Translations under genes and position numbers: made by a program
Source: Camelus ferus
Taxonomy: Eukaryota
Assembly (NCBI RefSeq): GCF_009834535.1
Contig: NC_045697.1
Location: 113,958,001-114,022,000, forward strand
Length of the DNA: 64,000 nucleotides
Direction: 5' to 3'
Notes under the pieces: model-generated
Seen by the model: only the letters and a program-made list of their open reading frames with translations
Database searches by the model: none
What the model was told of the DNA's origin: nothing
In this document: piece after piece, positions 1-13,134 of the stretch
Layout: every line of letters begins with the position of its first letter
Position numbering within the stretch: the stretch's first letter is position 1

Positions 1-509
1 GTTAGAACATTAGTTTTGCAGATACAAGTGAATAAGCAAACTAAGGAAATGATACAAACAATAAAAATGCTTCTAGAAAGCGTCATCAGAGAAAGAAAAG
101 TGAATTGATCCCAAGTAGAATTCCAACTTAAATTGTGTACAAAACTGACTCCAATGTGGACTTATCACTCTATTTTGTATTTTCTCACAATAATAGAGTG
201 AATGTATGATTCTGTACAAAAAAAGAAATCTTAAAGCTTTTATTATAGGATACACTTGGGGAAACCAAGCATCAAAGAACTGTTGTAGATTGAAAATCCA
301 ATTTTTGCCTGTTGTGAAAACAGCTTCTCGTGAAATGTTTCTTGACGTTGAACTTGATTGGCATTATTTGAAAAGAAACATTTCTATGGTAGGTTAGAGA
401 GAGTGACTTAAAAATAAATAGATACATTTAGAAACTAATTCCCGGATAAGAATATTTACAAAATTTTGAAAACATAAAAGTTAGAAAACAAGCAAGAACA
501 CAGCTAAGA

Positions 510-775
510 AGAGCCTAGAGAAACCTGATGACTAAATATGTGATGTCTTCAATGAGATCTTGGGAAAGAAAGAGGACGTTATGTTAAATCTGAGAACTCA
601 GAGTAAAGTATGGACTTTAGTTGGTAATAGTGTATTGGTACTGGTTCATTAATTGTGACAAATATATCACACTAATAAGATGTTTCTAGTAAGAGATAAG
701 AGGAGTTGAGTTATGATCTAGTATGCAAAATATGTACTATCTTTTCTGTAAATCTAAGTCTTGTGAAAACTATAA
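510..775 (+). mobile_element. Old L1 (L1MC/L1ME-like) 3' end fragment
   Basis: Resembles L1MC 3'UTR motifs (gactaaat..., aaagtatggactttagtt, aattgtgacaaat, ttttctgtaaatctaa). Confidence 0.65.
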
Positions 776-786
776 AAATCTTTTAA

Positions 787-893
787 GGGGGAGGGTAGAG
801 CTCAGTGGTAGAGCACATGCTTAGCAAACACAAGGTCTTGGGTTCAATCCCCAGTACCTCCATTAAAATTAATAAAATTAAAAAAAATTTTTT
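787..893 (+). mobile_element. tRNA-Ala-derived SINE (camelid Vic-1 type), short-tail form
   Basis: Head ggggagggtagagctcagtggtagag...ggttcaatccccagtacctcca, A-rich tail, perfect TSD aaatcttttaa at 776-786 and 894-904. Confidence 0.9.
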
Positions 894-1639
894 AAATCTT
901 TTAAAATGAGGTAGACAAAGAAAAACATGACAAGAAGACTAGTTAGACTACAAATATAGTGATTCATTTCTTTGGCTAATCAGTAATTTTATGCTGTACA
1001 GAAAATCATAAAGTTGAATATGTTTTAATACTCCTCTGTGTAAGGAGTGTAGAAATTATGACAGAAGGTCATTATTAAAGATTTGATCCTAGGAAGGGAA
1101 TTCTGTATTTGATCCTGCCATTAGGATAGGTTCATCCCAAAGCTTCACAAGTATTTCAATTAAAGAAGAAGTATTCTTTATCTAGATAATAGACAAATAT
1201 ATAAATGATACTTAGATAATAGAGTTATAGACATTGATGTTATTAGTTATATAGACATGCCCATCCAAGTGTTAGAAAGAAAATAACATTTGAGTGCTTA
1301 ATTGGTGAATGTCTGTGTTCCAGAAATTCATTATTATTTCCTTCCCTATCATTCTATATGAATAAGAAATTATTACAGATATATCTTAGTAAATAAAAAC
1401 ATCAAATTTTTAACTACTAAAACACAACTGTGAAATACTTGTAGTCTATTTATCCGTCCCAGAGTTAAAATATAGCATAAAGTGCTCTTTAAGATATATT
1501 CATAGAAATTTCATGCAAAAATATCCTACTTAAAAAAAAAAATCACTTTTTCAAAAAGTTGAGGATATTCAATACAGCCTTGGAGAATCATAATGCCCAT
1601 TCAGGTATTATCAACTCTACGATATAAAAGGTTCTGAAT

Positions 1640-1870
1640 CGTGGTAGAAATGATGACTTCTCACCAGTTCTTTACTCCTGATCACAAGGCCACGTCCTCT
1701 CACCGTGAGGTGTGGCCACATGACTTGTTTGGCCAATGAAAGCAGAGTAGATACAGCAGGGTCTCTCCCCTCTGGGAACATTGAAGGGCAGGTCCCTACT
1801 TCTCTCTGTTTTCTTTCCCTCTGTGGCATATCCTGATGCCCATGTTGAGATAACAGTGGCATAAGAAGGA
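1640..1870 (+). mobile_element. MLT1 (ERVL-MaLR, old MLT1J/K-like) LTR fragment
   Basis: Motifs gtgtggccacatgacttgtttggccaatgaaa and ttccctctgtggca...catgttgagat. Confidence 0.65.
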
Positions 1871-1944
1871 GTACTCTTCATTAGTTCTTTTTTTTTTTTT
1901 TTTAATTCTAGGAGAAGACTTTTTTCCTGCCAACTATCAAAGAA

Positions 1945-2115
1945 TATATAGCACAGGCAAAGAATGCAATTTGAAAAATAGAATCCTAGTAACCCATAAT
2001 GAAAAAGAATATGAAAACGAATGTATGTATGTATGTATATGTGTGACTGAAACATTATGCTGTACACCAGAAATTGATGCAACATTGTAAACTGACTCTT
2101 ATTTCAACAGAAAAG
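1945..2115 (+). mobile_element. Lineage-specific L1 3' terminal fragment
   Basis: tagcacagg...aatgaaaaagaatatgaaaac...gctgtacaccagaaattga...caacattgtaaactgact; the same terminus occurs at 5060, 51885 and 56595. Confidence 0.85.
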
Positions 2116-3517
2116 GAGAAACTACAATCTTGACTGACTATGCACTGTATAAAAACCTCTCTAAACTTGCATTTTTATAGACCTTTTGAGAAGAAAGGTT
2201 TATTTATATCATAACCACTAGTGACATTCCATAGGCATTTTGCCCTAAATGTTTCTAAATAGACATTTTTATTTTTACTTCTTAAAACTCATGAAAAAGT
2301 TGAGATAGTTATAAAATTTCACTTTCATTATTTGTCAAAAAATAAATTCTCCTATTTTATAAGTTTCTAACTATCTTTATATATAAATGCACATGCTTGT
2401 ATGAATTATGTGTGTATGTGTACTGATAGTGGATGTGTGCTTATTTCAAATGCTATTGAATTATATAGACACTTACAACAATAATTTTGTGTGGATATCT
2501 ACTGTTCAGAAGAAGCTTCACATTTCTAAAACACACACCTTTACAAGCATTTGATAAGAAAATTCCATAACAAAAAAACAGGGTTTTGAAAATATTCATT
2601 TAACACACTGGATCACCATGCGACATGCATTTCTGATTTTAGTTAATTCTTTTTGCTTTTCTGTACTGGTAATTTGATGAAATATGCATTCACTTTTTTC
2701 TTTTTGATCATTATGTTTTTCTATTCACATTTTCAAGACGATCGTGATGTTCTGTGATATTTACAACCTCATCATGAAGATTTGGTGTCATCCTCCGGAG
2801 CTGACAAAGTTATTTAAAAATTTAAGTTGAATTTGATTCCATACTAATCACAGACTCTAAGTGATTGTATGCATCATAGCATACTATGACATGTTTGATG
2901 GTAATGAATGGAATACAGCTCAAATAGTCACCTAGAAATAAATTCCCATTTGGAATAGCCTTGTGGGAGAAAAGTTCAAATTAAATCCTCACAGTGCATT
3001 AAAATGCAAATACAAGAAGGCAATCCAACTGAGTTACATCGATAATAGAACATATAACACAAATGGAAATTCCTCCCCAATAATTAAGTTATAGTTGTAT
3101 AAATCAGTGATGTGTGCATTTGGATTTTGTTCTTTCTGTGCATGCTTGAAAGTTCATTAACTTTGGATCACATTAGAGAACTGTTTTGTTTATCTCCCAC
3201 AGACCAGTTGCCAGACACGTCCTTTTCCCCAGTGAGCCCTATGAAGGCCCTTCCCTGCTCTTCCTGGCTTTCCCGATATGGTTAACCGAAGCTTTCAACT
3301 CTGTTGGCAGGTTTTGTTTCAGACAGAATGATGGAAGCTCTGTAATTGGGGTGTCACCCTGGGAATGTCACTGTCTTGGATTTTCTCAGTAGATAATCTG
3401 GACTCTAAAATATGCATTATCATGAGAACAGTAATGTTCACACTCCAACTGTGTAATCTTGAAAGAAAACAAAGAGCTTTAGAGAAAATTCTGCTTAGAA
3501 ACTCTATAAAAGCATGC

Positions 3518-3520
<3 letters not shown>

Positions 3521-3556
<36 letters not shown>
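3521..3556. repeat. (TG)18 microsatellite
   Basis: Read directly. Confidence 0.97.
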
Positions 3557-3559
<3 letters not shown>

Positions 3560-4369
3560 AAAGTCAGATGTAATGTCACTTTAGCTGTTGAGATTTGAGA
3601 TTTTCTAAGCCTTAGTCTTTTGAAGTGTGATTATCCAGGTATCCAAACAAGTGCTACTGACAACGATTATGGAAGTCAAGTAACACTTGCAGTAAAAACA
3701 GGAAATATAAGAAGAAAATAATATGATTTCAACATTTAAATTAGTAATGATGCCAATTACACGTCCAATTAGTAAGGAGCATTAACGATTATGTTGACCA
3801 TTAAACATGTGTAAGATTGTCTTTGGTACAAATTCTGATCTTGAAAAAACTGATCATCCGCTCTCAGATTTAAATTCTATAAGGACACTTGGCAGTGAGA
3901 ATGTGAATTCATAATTAACATTTTAAAGTAAGATAACTTGGGCTAAATCTAATTTAATTTAAATTTAGCAAGCATATGCAAATGCCTTAATACAGATCAA
4001 GCTACAGTGAATAACTTTTAAAAGTAATTTTTTTGGACATTGTAGTTTAGTATCTATACTAGAAACAAAATGACCTAATTTAATATAAACTTCAGTTGTT
4101 ACGAAAAGAAGTGTAGGTGTTGTTTGAGTTAATATTTCTAATGTTATCTATCATTGGATTATCAGTGGGTTTTTTTCTCAGCAAAACATACTCTATTTTA
4201 CCCTATATTATATATTGTATATTAGCTAAACTCCCTGCATTAGTTTGCTAAACAGCTATAGATGTTACCTTTGAGACTTTCAATGATGCTAGCAATCAGA
4301 GAAATAGTTCAGGGATGGATGGGTTGATTTTCTCATTAACAAACTGGAATACTAATAGTTGTCATTGTC

Positions 4370-4550
4370 TGAGAGACTAATGTGTGTAAGCGAATTGTCA
4401 GATGTCATTTAATTCACACAGCAGCCTCATAAGAAGCAATGATTGCCCAGGTGAAAGCTGAATTCGAGTCGAAATAATTTGACTAAAGTCACTTTGCTAA
4501 TAGTTGACAGAAATCACAGTGAATGTCATGCAGGTATTCGTGCCTGACGG
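4370..4550 (-). mobile_element. MIR SINE relic
   Basis: tcatttaattcacacagcagcctcataag...aaagtcactttgctaatagttgacaga resembles the reverse complement of the MIR core. Confidence 0.55.
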
Positions 4551-4599
4551 AGCATCCTTGTTCTCTCATCTTCTTTAAAAAGATTTTGGAAAAATCAAT

Positions 4600-5010
4600 G
4601 ACTGTATCACCTCTTCCCTTAGCTACTCAAGGACTCAGCTCCAAGGATTCTCTCCCCTCTTTCCACCCCATCCATGGGTTCGGCTCTGCCGGACCATTTT
4701 CATCAGCAGAAAAGAATGTTGTCATTTTCCCATCTTTAAACCCAACAAACAAGCAAAACTCTTTTGACCACAATTATCCTTCAGCTGTCACTCCATTTTG
4801 TTTTGTTCAAAATTCCTCAAAAAGTCATCTCTACCCACTTTCTCAAATTTCTGTCTTCAAATTCATCCTCACCAGAACTGGTCTTACGGGCCCCCGAGAT
4901 CTGCACTGAGGTCAGATGCCCTGTGGTTACTGCAGACCTTGCTCAGCCTCAGGTCGCACTTTCCTTGAACTACTAGACAGTTTGCTCCCTTCTTTCACTG
5001 CAGATGTCAT
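4600..5010 (+). mobile_element. L2 LINE fragment
   Basis: Pyrimidine-rich L2 ORF2-like motifs (ttgaccac...cagctgtcactccatt...aaaattcctcaaaaagt). Confidence 0.55.
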
Positions 5011-5059
5011 TGCTCTCTCTCTCTCTTTCTTTCTAATTTTCACTTTTTATAATTTTTAA

Positions 5060-5477
5060 AAATTTTATTTTTTATTGAAGTATAGTCAATTACAGTGTGT
5101 CAATTTCTGATGTACAGCATGATGCTCAGTCATATATATACATACATACATTTGTTTTCATAGTCTTTTTCATTATAGGTTACTACAAGATATTGAGTAA
5201 AGTGTCCTGTGCTGCACAGAAGAAACTTGCTTTTTTATGTATTTTATATATAGTAGTTAATATTTGCAAATCTCAAACTCTCAATTTACCCCTCCCCACC
5301 CCCTTTACCTCTAGTAAAGCTTTTTTTTTTTTTTTTTTTTTTTTTTAGATTCCACTTACAAGTGATATCATATGGTATTTTTGTTTCTCTGTCTGGCTTA
5401 CTTCACCTAGAATGATGATCTCCAGGTCCATCCATGTTGTGGCAAATGACATTATTTTATTCTTTTATCTGGCTGAC
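5060..5477 (-). mobile_element. Lineage-specific L1 3' end (ORF2 end and 3'UTR)
   Basis: tttattgaagtatagtcaattaca...ttagattccacttacaagtgatatcatatggtattt...tccaggtccatccatgttg. Confidence 0.9.
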
Positions 5478-5529
5478 ATTCTCTTTACTTGTCAATTTCC
5501 CCACCTGGTTCTTCCCGTGGCATCTCTCA

Positions 5530-6270
5530 GACGTCTTGGCTCTTTCTTCTTTCATATGCAATTTAAAATCAGTTAATCAGGTTCTGTAAAGAATCCCATT
5601 GGGGTGTAGATCGGAACTGCACTGATTCTTTTGCTCAGTTTGAGGAATATTGATATATTTATGATAGAGAAGTCTCTCCAAGATATAGTCAATGTCACCA
5701 TTCATTTAATATTGTTCAATGTTTTCACTAAAATATTTTAATTCATTCTATAAAGAGCTTTTATGTTTTTTTATTGACACACTAAATGTTAATTTTTTTT
5801 AATATATTTTCTAACCGAATGTTGCAGCCTAAAGACTTGCAGTTGTGTGCTGCATGCCGAATATCCTTTGGGTTCAGCCACCCTTGTTTATTCTAATAAC
5901 AAAAAAGCATTTGGAGCTTTTTATATAGACAATCACACCATTAAAAATAAACAGAGTTTTGCTCAACTCTCCAGTCATAGATTAGATTTTATTTTATTTT
6001 TTTCTTTTTTAACTACACTGACTAGGGCTCCAGAACAATCCTAAATAGCATTGATAACAGGAACCATTTTTTTTTGTTGCTGGTTTATTAATAATTATTT
6101 TAATTAGTATGATGTTTTAATATTTTTTCTTTTCTTTTTTTTTAAATAGATGTCCTTTTTTAGGTTAGGTAGTTCCCTTCTATTCTGAGTTTGCTAAGTG
6201 TTTTTATCAAACATTACCTTAAATTTAATTAACAGAATCATATCTACATGTATTAAGATGAGCTCCAGTA
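5530..6270 (-). mobile_element. Old L1M ORF2 fragments
   Basis: Degenerate antisense L1 ORF2 motifs (catatgcaatttaaaatcag, ggaactgcactga, agttcccttctattctgagtttgctaag). Confidence 0.65.
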
Positions 6271-7673
6271 TGTCACTGTCCTTTAATTGGTAAATTGGGT
6301 AAATTACAGTAAATACTAATCAAATTAAGTAACTCATTTAATTACTTAATTGGAGTTTCTGTAACTCTGAAATATTCTTTCTGTCACACTGTGCTTTCTC
6401 AGAAACCTGTTTCATATTCGGATTAGAGCTGGATTGTCGACCTGCATACATCACTTCGTACATTTACAAGAGAGAGGCTTATATTCCACTTATTTATGTC
6501 TATCTAGTCAGAGTGTGTGTTCATATATATATAGAAAGTCTCCAGATTCTAAATAGTGGACTTCCGTAGATTGTGACCTAGACCATGTCTACAGAGCTTT
6601 TGTTTTTGTGAACAACTAAATATGCATGTTGAAAATTTGGGGGCACATACTGTAATTACTCATCATGCAGAAAATATTCACCAGCATTTATTTATTTTCT
6701 CTGGCGGAATTATGATGATAACTATTGATTTATAGCGAACGTAGCAAAATAGCTGAGACAAAGTTAGATAGAATTTAAACATGTTTTTAATTGCTTAGTA
6801 CAATGCATTTTTTAAATTCTTGTTTTACTTAGTACTCAGTGCAGCAACTGGGGTGCCTGCAATTATTTATAGCCGTCTAGTTCAAAGTTTAATCATGTCT
6901 ATTTATCCCTTTATATGCTCTGGTTAAAAAATAGGAGTTGCTGTTAAATATATTTAAGAAACCCTGCATACTACAGCTTCCTCTTGGAGTTTTCAGTACA
7001 TATTATCAAACTGAAGCCTCTGAGAAGTCCTTCCTAAAATTATTTCTTATCTCAGTTTTTTAAATTTTATTTGACCAACTAAGTCAGTTTCCTTCCCTTA
7101 TAAATCCAATTAATATATTACGAATGCTCTGCAGAATGAGTTTTGGAAAATATAATTTTAGGCAAGAAATTTATAATTTTGCAATCATACTGTCACCTGG
7201 CAGATGTTCTTTTGGTGTGTAAGTGGCCATATTCCCAGGCTGGATTTTCCAGTGTAGAGTGATGGCCCCTTTCTAACTTGTTTAGCTTGTTAATTCAGTC
7301 TACTGCTGCGGAGTTCTGTCCAGGTTTATTGGTTAATTCTCTAACCAAATCTCCCTCAGTCCTAATCCATTTCACAGGGACTTTTACGTCCACGTCCTCC
7401 GTCCCCCAACCCTAGAGTTGTAAATCCGACACACTCCTAGTGAAGAGTTTCGTTTGCGGATGCATTTCCCTCAAAAGTAATCACCATGGGCATGGTCCTC
7501 CTCCAGGGTGTCTTCAATTCTTCTCCTTTTTCACCTACAACTGGAGTCTCAGCTTTCCTCAAGGTCAAGCCCATTTTGGGTCTGAATCTTCCTAAAGATC
7601 TCCCAGAGAGATGGTTATCTGGGGAGAGGTGAGAGGGTGAGCTTTTTGGCTTAGGACCTGTTGTTTCTGAGAT

Positions 7674-7707
7674 ATGTGTGCGTGTGTGTGTGTGTGCGCG
7701 CGTGTGT
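7674..7707. repeat. Alternating purine-pyrimidine (TG/CG) tract with Z-DNA potential
   Basis: atgtgtgcgtgtgtgtgtgtgtgcgcgcgtgtgt read directly. Confidence 0.85.
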
Positions 7708-8007
7708 CAAAGTGGAAAGCTACCGTAGACAGTCACAGTGATGAATCTGGTAAGAGAAGATCTGTAATGGATTTTGATTTAGGAAAGGTAACCATCTAGA
7801 TGGCTACTGAAATAAGGAGAGTGTGTGGAGAATCAGGCGGATTGTGAGAGATGGAAATGTGGAACAGGAAGACACCAGCATTGAAAGTAGCGAGGAACAA
7901 GATAAAAATAAGATTTGGAGTGCCCTTGTAGAAAAGTAGTGGAAAATCCACAAAGTTTACTGCCATAAGATAGAATGCAGATATTGTTTGAAGATGAAGG
8001 ATGTGAC

Positions 8008-8110
8008 TGTTTATTCAACAAAATATCTAAGGGGCCATAGTATGTGCCATGTACTGTGCTAGCACTATGGAGCTAAATAAGACGGGTATGACCCATGAGC
8101 TCAGAGAGAC
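8008..8110 (-). mobile_element. L2 3' end relic
   Basis: ttattcaacaaaatatc...tatgtgccatgtactgtgctagcact matches the reverse L2 terminus. Confidence 0.55.
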
Positions 8111-8307
8111 GGAAATATATAGTGATACCCAATTATATAGGGAAAGCCAAGGCCAGTAAGAAAGTATTCTGAGGATTTCATTAAATTTAACAGCAATGAG
8201 GATGCAAAAGCCTCAATGAGATACCTTTTTGTGGCTTAATGGGGGGCCATGGGGGGAGGTGAAGCCATATTGAAATGGGTTAAACTGTACTGTAAGTTAT
8301 TTATTTT

Positions 8308-8440
8308 AACTTAATTTAATTTAATTTTTGGAGGTTGGGAAGTAATTAGGTTTACTTACTTAATAGAGGTACTGGGGATTGAACCCAGGACCTTGTGCAT
8401 CTTAGGCATGCACTCTACCGCTGAGCTATACCCTCCCCTT
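8308..8440 (-). mobile_element. Vic-1-type tRNA-Ala SINE, long-tail form
   Basis: gaggtactggggattgaacccaggaccttgtgcat...ctgagctataccctcccc. TSD taagttatttatttt (8293-8307) / taagacatttatttt (8441-8455), 2 mismatches. Confidence 0.9.
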
Positions 8441-8459
8441 TAAGACATTTATTTTAGAT

Positions 8460-8620
8460 TACATGCATAAGGAAAACACTGAAATGCACCAAAATATTAA
8501 GCATCATTGACTCTGGATGGTGGAGTTACAAGAAATTTTTGTTGGGTTTTTTTCCTCAAATGTGTTTTATAAATGCTTACAATGAATATATATCCTTTTT
8601 ATAATACATTATTTTTTTAA
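8460..8620 (+). mobile_element. Old L1ME/L1MC 3' end fragment
   Basis: caccaaaatattaa...ctctggatggtggagttacaag...tacaatgaatatatatcctttt. Confidence 0.55.
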
Positions 8621-10404
8621 AAAAGAGCTACTCTGTTCTAAACCAATTATTATTAATTACAATTTAAATATAAGTGAAATGGAGGCATAAAGTTTATCTG
8701 ACTAACAATATGATGAACACAAAGAGCTTAACCAGATGATTCAAACAAATACTAATAGTAGCGAAACCTGAGTAAATCTATTTTGAAGACTTCATTATTT
8801 TGATTGGCTCCAGGATGATCTCATTAGGGAGATAATTGCAGAAACGCAACTTTTTCTATGCTGACAACACACATCCACCACAAAACTAGAGCTGCTGAAG
8901 CTGCTAGAAGTTTTTAAGAAGTGGAAGGCAGAGCATCAATTTCTGTAGCTGCTAACTTGGCACACGCTAATGCTTTCAAAATGCAGAATGGCTTCAATTC
9001 CCACCAGCTTAGCAGCTGACATGATTATGTACATGAATCCTCCAGGAAATTGAGGGAACGGTAATAACAAGCCCAGTTAACAAGAGAAGAAAAGGACTGG
9101 CTGGCTGACGGTCTCGGCTTCCTCTGTTAACACTGATTATAAACATCAGCGGTGGTAAACACAGCTCTTCCACCAGACTGAGCCGTGCGCATTTATGGGA
9201 ATATGAGACCACCAGCCATGATTCCACTCGGTTAAAACCCCTCCTCTGAGGCCCGTGGAGGGTAATTCCTTGGTTGGTCTGCTTTCCTCCAGCATGTGAA
9301 AGGGACTATGGGATTACCTTCTCTAGGAGCAAAATCCAAAGGGGTTAAATTGTTAATTTCTTCCAACGTTATTGCATTGTTTAAAAAAACCCACCTTGGA
9401 AACTGATCAGCTACCAAATTCTTTTTTTTTTTCTTTATTTCTTTCAGATAGCTTTCCAAACAAATTAAAATGGGTGGTCTCCCGTGTCATTTAACAGAAA
9501 AGCATGCGTAATTGCTAGCTTGAAGCCCATCCACCAATTATGGATTAAAATACACCTTGCAAAAAAAAAAAAAAAAAAAAACTCCACCTTGCAAGATGGG
9601 AAACTTCAGGGGCAACGTCATCACATATTTTCAAATGGATTGTTCTGCGTTACCTTTCTAGGTCACCTAACTAAGCTCATTCTCCCCCAGCGCACTTCCA
9701 CGAAGCCTCCATCGCCTGAGATGCCACAGCGCTTGACGTTTCCGGGTTATTCTTACTTCTCAGCATTTTACAGTTAGGGGGGCCCAGAGGTGGACGTGAG
9801 GGAAAATAAACTGTGTGTGGGAAAAAGAGAGGATAGTGGAAGCTATGGGTTACAGATCTGAATTTTGAGCTTTAAGAGACCAGAAGTTCATTCACGCCAA
9901 CTCCTATGATTGACCAAAAAAAAAAAAAAAAAAAAAAAAAGAATCAAAACAATTTCAGTGATTTACAAAAGTTGGGGCCAGATCACAATCTCCCCAGCTC
10001 TCAGGATTAGGTGCATTTCCAACGTAAGCACAATGAGTTCGGTTCCTTTGGAGACAGGGAAAATGTCAGAGAGCCCTGGAGAACGGGGGTAGCTGTGGGG
10101 ACGCCAGATAACAATGGGTCCCGACAGACAGAGGAGAAGCGGGCACATGAGCACTGTGATCTCTGTCCTTTGTGTTCTAGACTTGCTCACTGCAAATCCC
10201 TTCGAGGCAGACACAGAAGAAAGGAAGCATCTCTTTAAGGTGCCAGTTACCCCAAATTTAGGAAGGTTCATAATTTCCAAGGAACTACTTCTGATAGAGC
10301 TTTATGGCTTCAATTTAGGAGTATTTATCTAGGCCACCCTGTGCCTGGCCCCAGCTAAAACACTGACCGAGACTGAGAGAAGGGCATCATTTTAAAGTAT
10401 CTGA

Positions 10405-11025
10405 ATGTTGTCAGTATTTGTAGTAAAATAAGATGCTGCATGGAATTATTGCCCATGAATACAGGTTCTTGTCCAGCTGCAAAAGAATTCAGAGAGGATA
10501 TATGGAGGTTGAAAAAGCTAAGTGGGGATTTTTTAAGGGATGGATAGTGCACTCTCGAGGGGAGACCGGGCAGGCTGCCCTGAGTTTCTTTGGCAAGTTG
10601 CTTACATAGGGTGTAAAAATGAATGGGCAGAATATTCACTGGGGAGGGGAGGGTTTGAGGTCATATTCACTGATTTTCATCCCAACTCCACCTTCCCGAG
10701 GGGAGGAGAGATTTTTGTCCATGTTTAGTCCATGATGTCAGTGCATGATGGGTTCTTCTGATCTACAAGGCTAATTTTATTGAAATGAGGGTGTAATGAG
10801 CAAAAGGTTGCATTTGGACACTGGAGATTTCTGCTTTTTCCCACCTTTCTTTGTCAGTCTCCAGGCTACTCATCAGCTAAAAAGGTATGACCACTTACCA
10901 GCCCAAAGGTTCCTGCTTTTCTTTCTCTGCCCAGGGACCCCTGGTGCTTACATGTTGTAGGGTTTCCTGCATTTGGTCTGTGCCCCCCTTACTCTGCTCC
11001 TATCTAGCTATCTGCCTGCTCTAAC
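10405..11025 (-). mobile_element. ERV1-like solo LTR (left boundary approximate)
   Basis: GC-richer block ending ...ctgcctgctctaaca (TGTTAG start on the minus strand). The U5-like ggttcttg...aagaattcaga motif is shared with the LTRs at 31903 and 47334. TSD not resolved. Confidence 0.7.
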
Positions 11026-12024
11026 AGAATACCTAAACAAGGAACAAATGAGGGCGAGAAGAAGGAAGAATGAGGAGGAAAAAAAGCACAGGGAGTTGAA
11101 GAAAAAGTCATCAGTGGCCATCAGGGTAGTCCCCCTCTTCTGCTTTGTATGCTGTAGAAAACCTGAGTGGGGACCCCAGAGGGAGACTCAGGGTGACCTT
11201 CTAATGTTCTCTGTGTGACCTTGGAATTTCTTAATTGTACACTGCAGACCAGACTCTCATTTCTACCTTATTCGTGTCTTGGAAAACCACAAATATTATC
11301 AGAAGCTCAAAAGCACACAAAGATACTTAGATGAAGCTCGACTCTCAGCTTCTGAACATTAGAATTCTATTGCTACTACTTCTTTGCTACAGATTGAGAC
11401 AGTTTTGATCAATTTCTAATAATTAAGCCAAAGCCAGATTTTAAAATAATTAGTTACAGTAACTGAATAGCATATGAGAGTTCACAGGTTGACAATCTTA
11501 GGGGGCCCAACAACTTCCTCCCCTAGATTAGTTGGAATTAGTTCCTCCCAGAGAGCAGATAGCAAAATCCCCCAGAGAAATACAGATGCCTGCAGTTTCC
11601 TTGATTGCACCTTCTTCCCGCTTCTGAAAATGATTTCATCTCTCTCACCTCTAACAAAGGTGCCCTATTGTCAAACTCTGACGAAATGGCAGGGCAGGGA
11701 TTTTTAACGCCGCTACCAAGTTCCTCCCTCTCAGGGTGGAAAGATTAAATTTTTGAAATTCTAAAGTGCCCCGTATCTGACCTCTGTGTTTTTTCTGGCC
11801 CCCAGCCCTGTAAATCAGGATACTTGAAATAGATGTGATTCGGCCCGCCCCTGCTTAGGTCTAGAACAAAACGGATCTCCTGGCTCTGGAATTCCACACT
11901 CAGTTTCATCAAAGAAGCAAATCATCAGCCACAAGTATTTTTCGTAGACCGCGATGTGCAAGTTTAATCCGTGCGCTTTGAGGTTAATCTGTGTCCTATG
12001 TGAATAGAGCAGATAGTCCAGGGC

Positions 12025-12190
12025 AGTGTTTCACAAGTCTGGGGCCTTCTCTGCCAGGACTGGGGTCACCTAGGATACCTGTTTGAAATGCAGATTCTTG
12101 GATCTCAGCTAAGGACCCTGAAATCAGAATCTCTCTGGTTGAGCCTCAGAACAGCACTCTATTTAAAACTCTCTTGCCCACCAAAATCTG
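12025..12190. mobile_element. MER5A-like hAT-Charlie DNA transposon relic
   Basis: cagtgtttcacaa...tcacctagga...aaatgcagattcttgg...aatcagaatctct. Confidence 0.7.
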
Positions 12191-12527
12191 ACAGCTGTGG
12201 GCACAGCATCAGGTCTGCCTGTCTGAATACAGAGGCTGGGAGAGTCAGCGAGGGGGGAAGGACACGGGCAGCGTCAGCGCGCACCCCGCGCCTCCTGCTG
12301 AAGCTCTTGACTTTCATTTGGATGCGGCTGGTGTCCACCTAGCCCAGGGAGTCTTCTCTCAGTGAGAAACCCCCTCTACAGCAGGTACTCTTCAATTCCA
12401 TGGACTAATTTTATGTCATTCTGACATTTGATGACTATAATCTCCGTAAAGGGAGTTGAATGGCTTAGCCACATCCTCCAGAGAACAGAGTACATCTTTG
12501 GGAACGTGACTTCAATTCGAAACGATG

Positions 12528-12541
12528 CCACCAGATGGCCA
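12528..12541 (+). promoter_or_regulatory. Candidate CTCF binding site
   Basis: CCACCAGATGGC matches the core CCASYAGRKGGC at 12/12 positions, in sequence with no recognised repeat. Confidence 0.4.
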
Positions 12542-13134
12542 GTTTTAGAGAAGATCAATGAACTGGTCCCTAAGCGGCCAAAGAGTCCTCCATTCTAAAA
12601 TTTAGTTGTTTTTGATACGAAGCAGTTGTGACCTTGTTATAAGCACAGCCCACACTTTTTTCTCTGTGTGAATGCCGACAAAGGCTGTCGTGGATTTATT
12701 GGTTTAGTATGAAATATAACTAGGGCTTTATTGGCCCACAAATAAGAAATAATAGAAGATCTTCCCAGTGAGAAAGCATGGCCCGTGATCATTCAGATTA
12801 CCCAGATGACACCTGAGATTCTAACGCTATGTAATTTAAGGGGTGATCGTGTAGTAATGCGTTCCTGCTGGCTTAGGCATCTTCTTAAATCATCTGATGA
12901 GACTGAATTTTGATGAATGCACCAGACGAAGGTATGTAAACCCACTGGACCGCCGCATTTGCAATGAGCATAATGCAAGCTGTGGTCTAATTCAAATGAC
13001 ACATTCACATGGGCTATAAGTCTTTCGGGCTAGAATATGTCTGTAAAAAAATAGATGTTTAAAAGCAATTTTCTTTTCTATTTAACATTATTCATATATC
13101 TAATGAGCAATGTGGCTTAAAGCTACCACTATTA

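Noticed and set aside
12376..12598. Short ORFs on both strands (e.g. + strand MTIISVKGVEWLSHILQRTEY...)
   Set aside because: No recognisable homology and no convincing splice-site pair. The region is better explained as non-coding.
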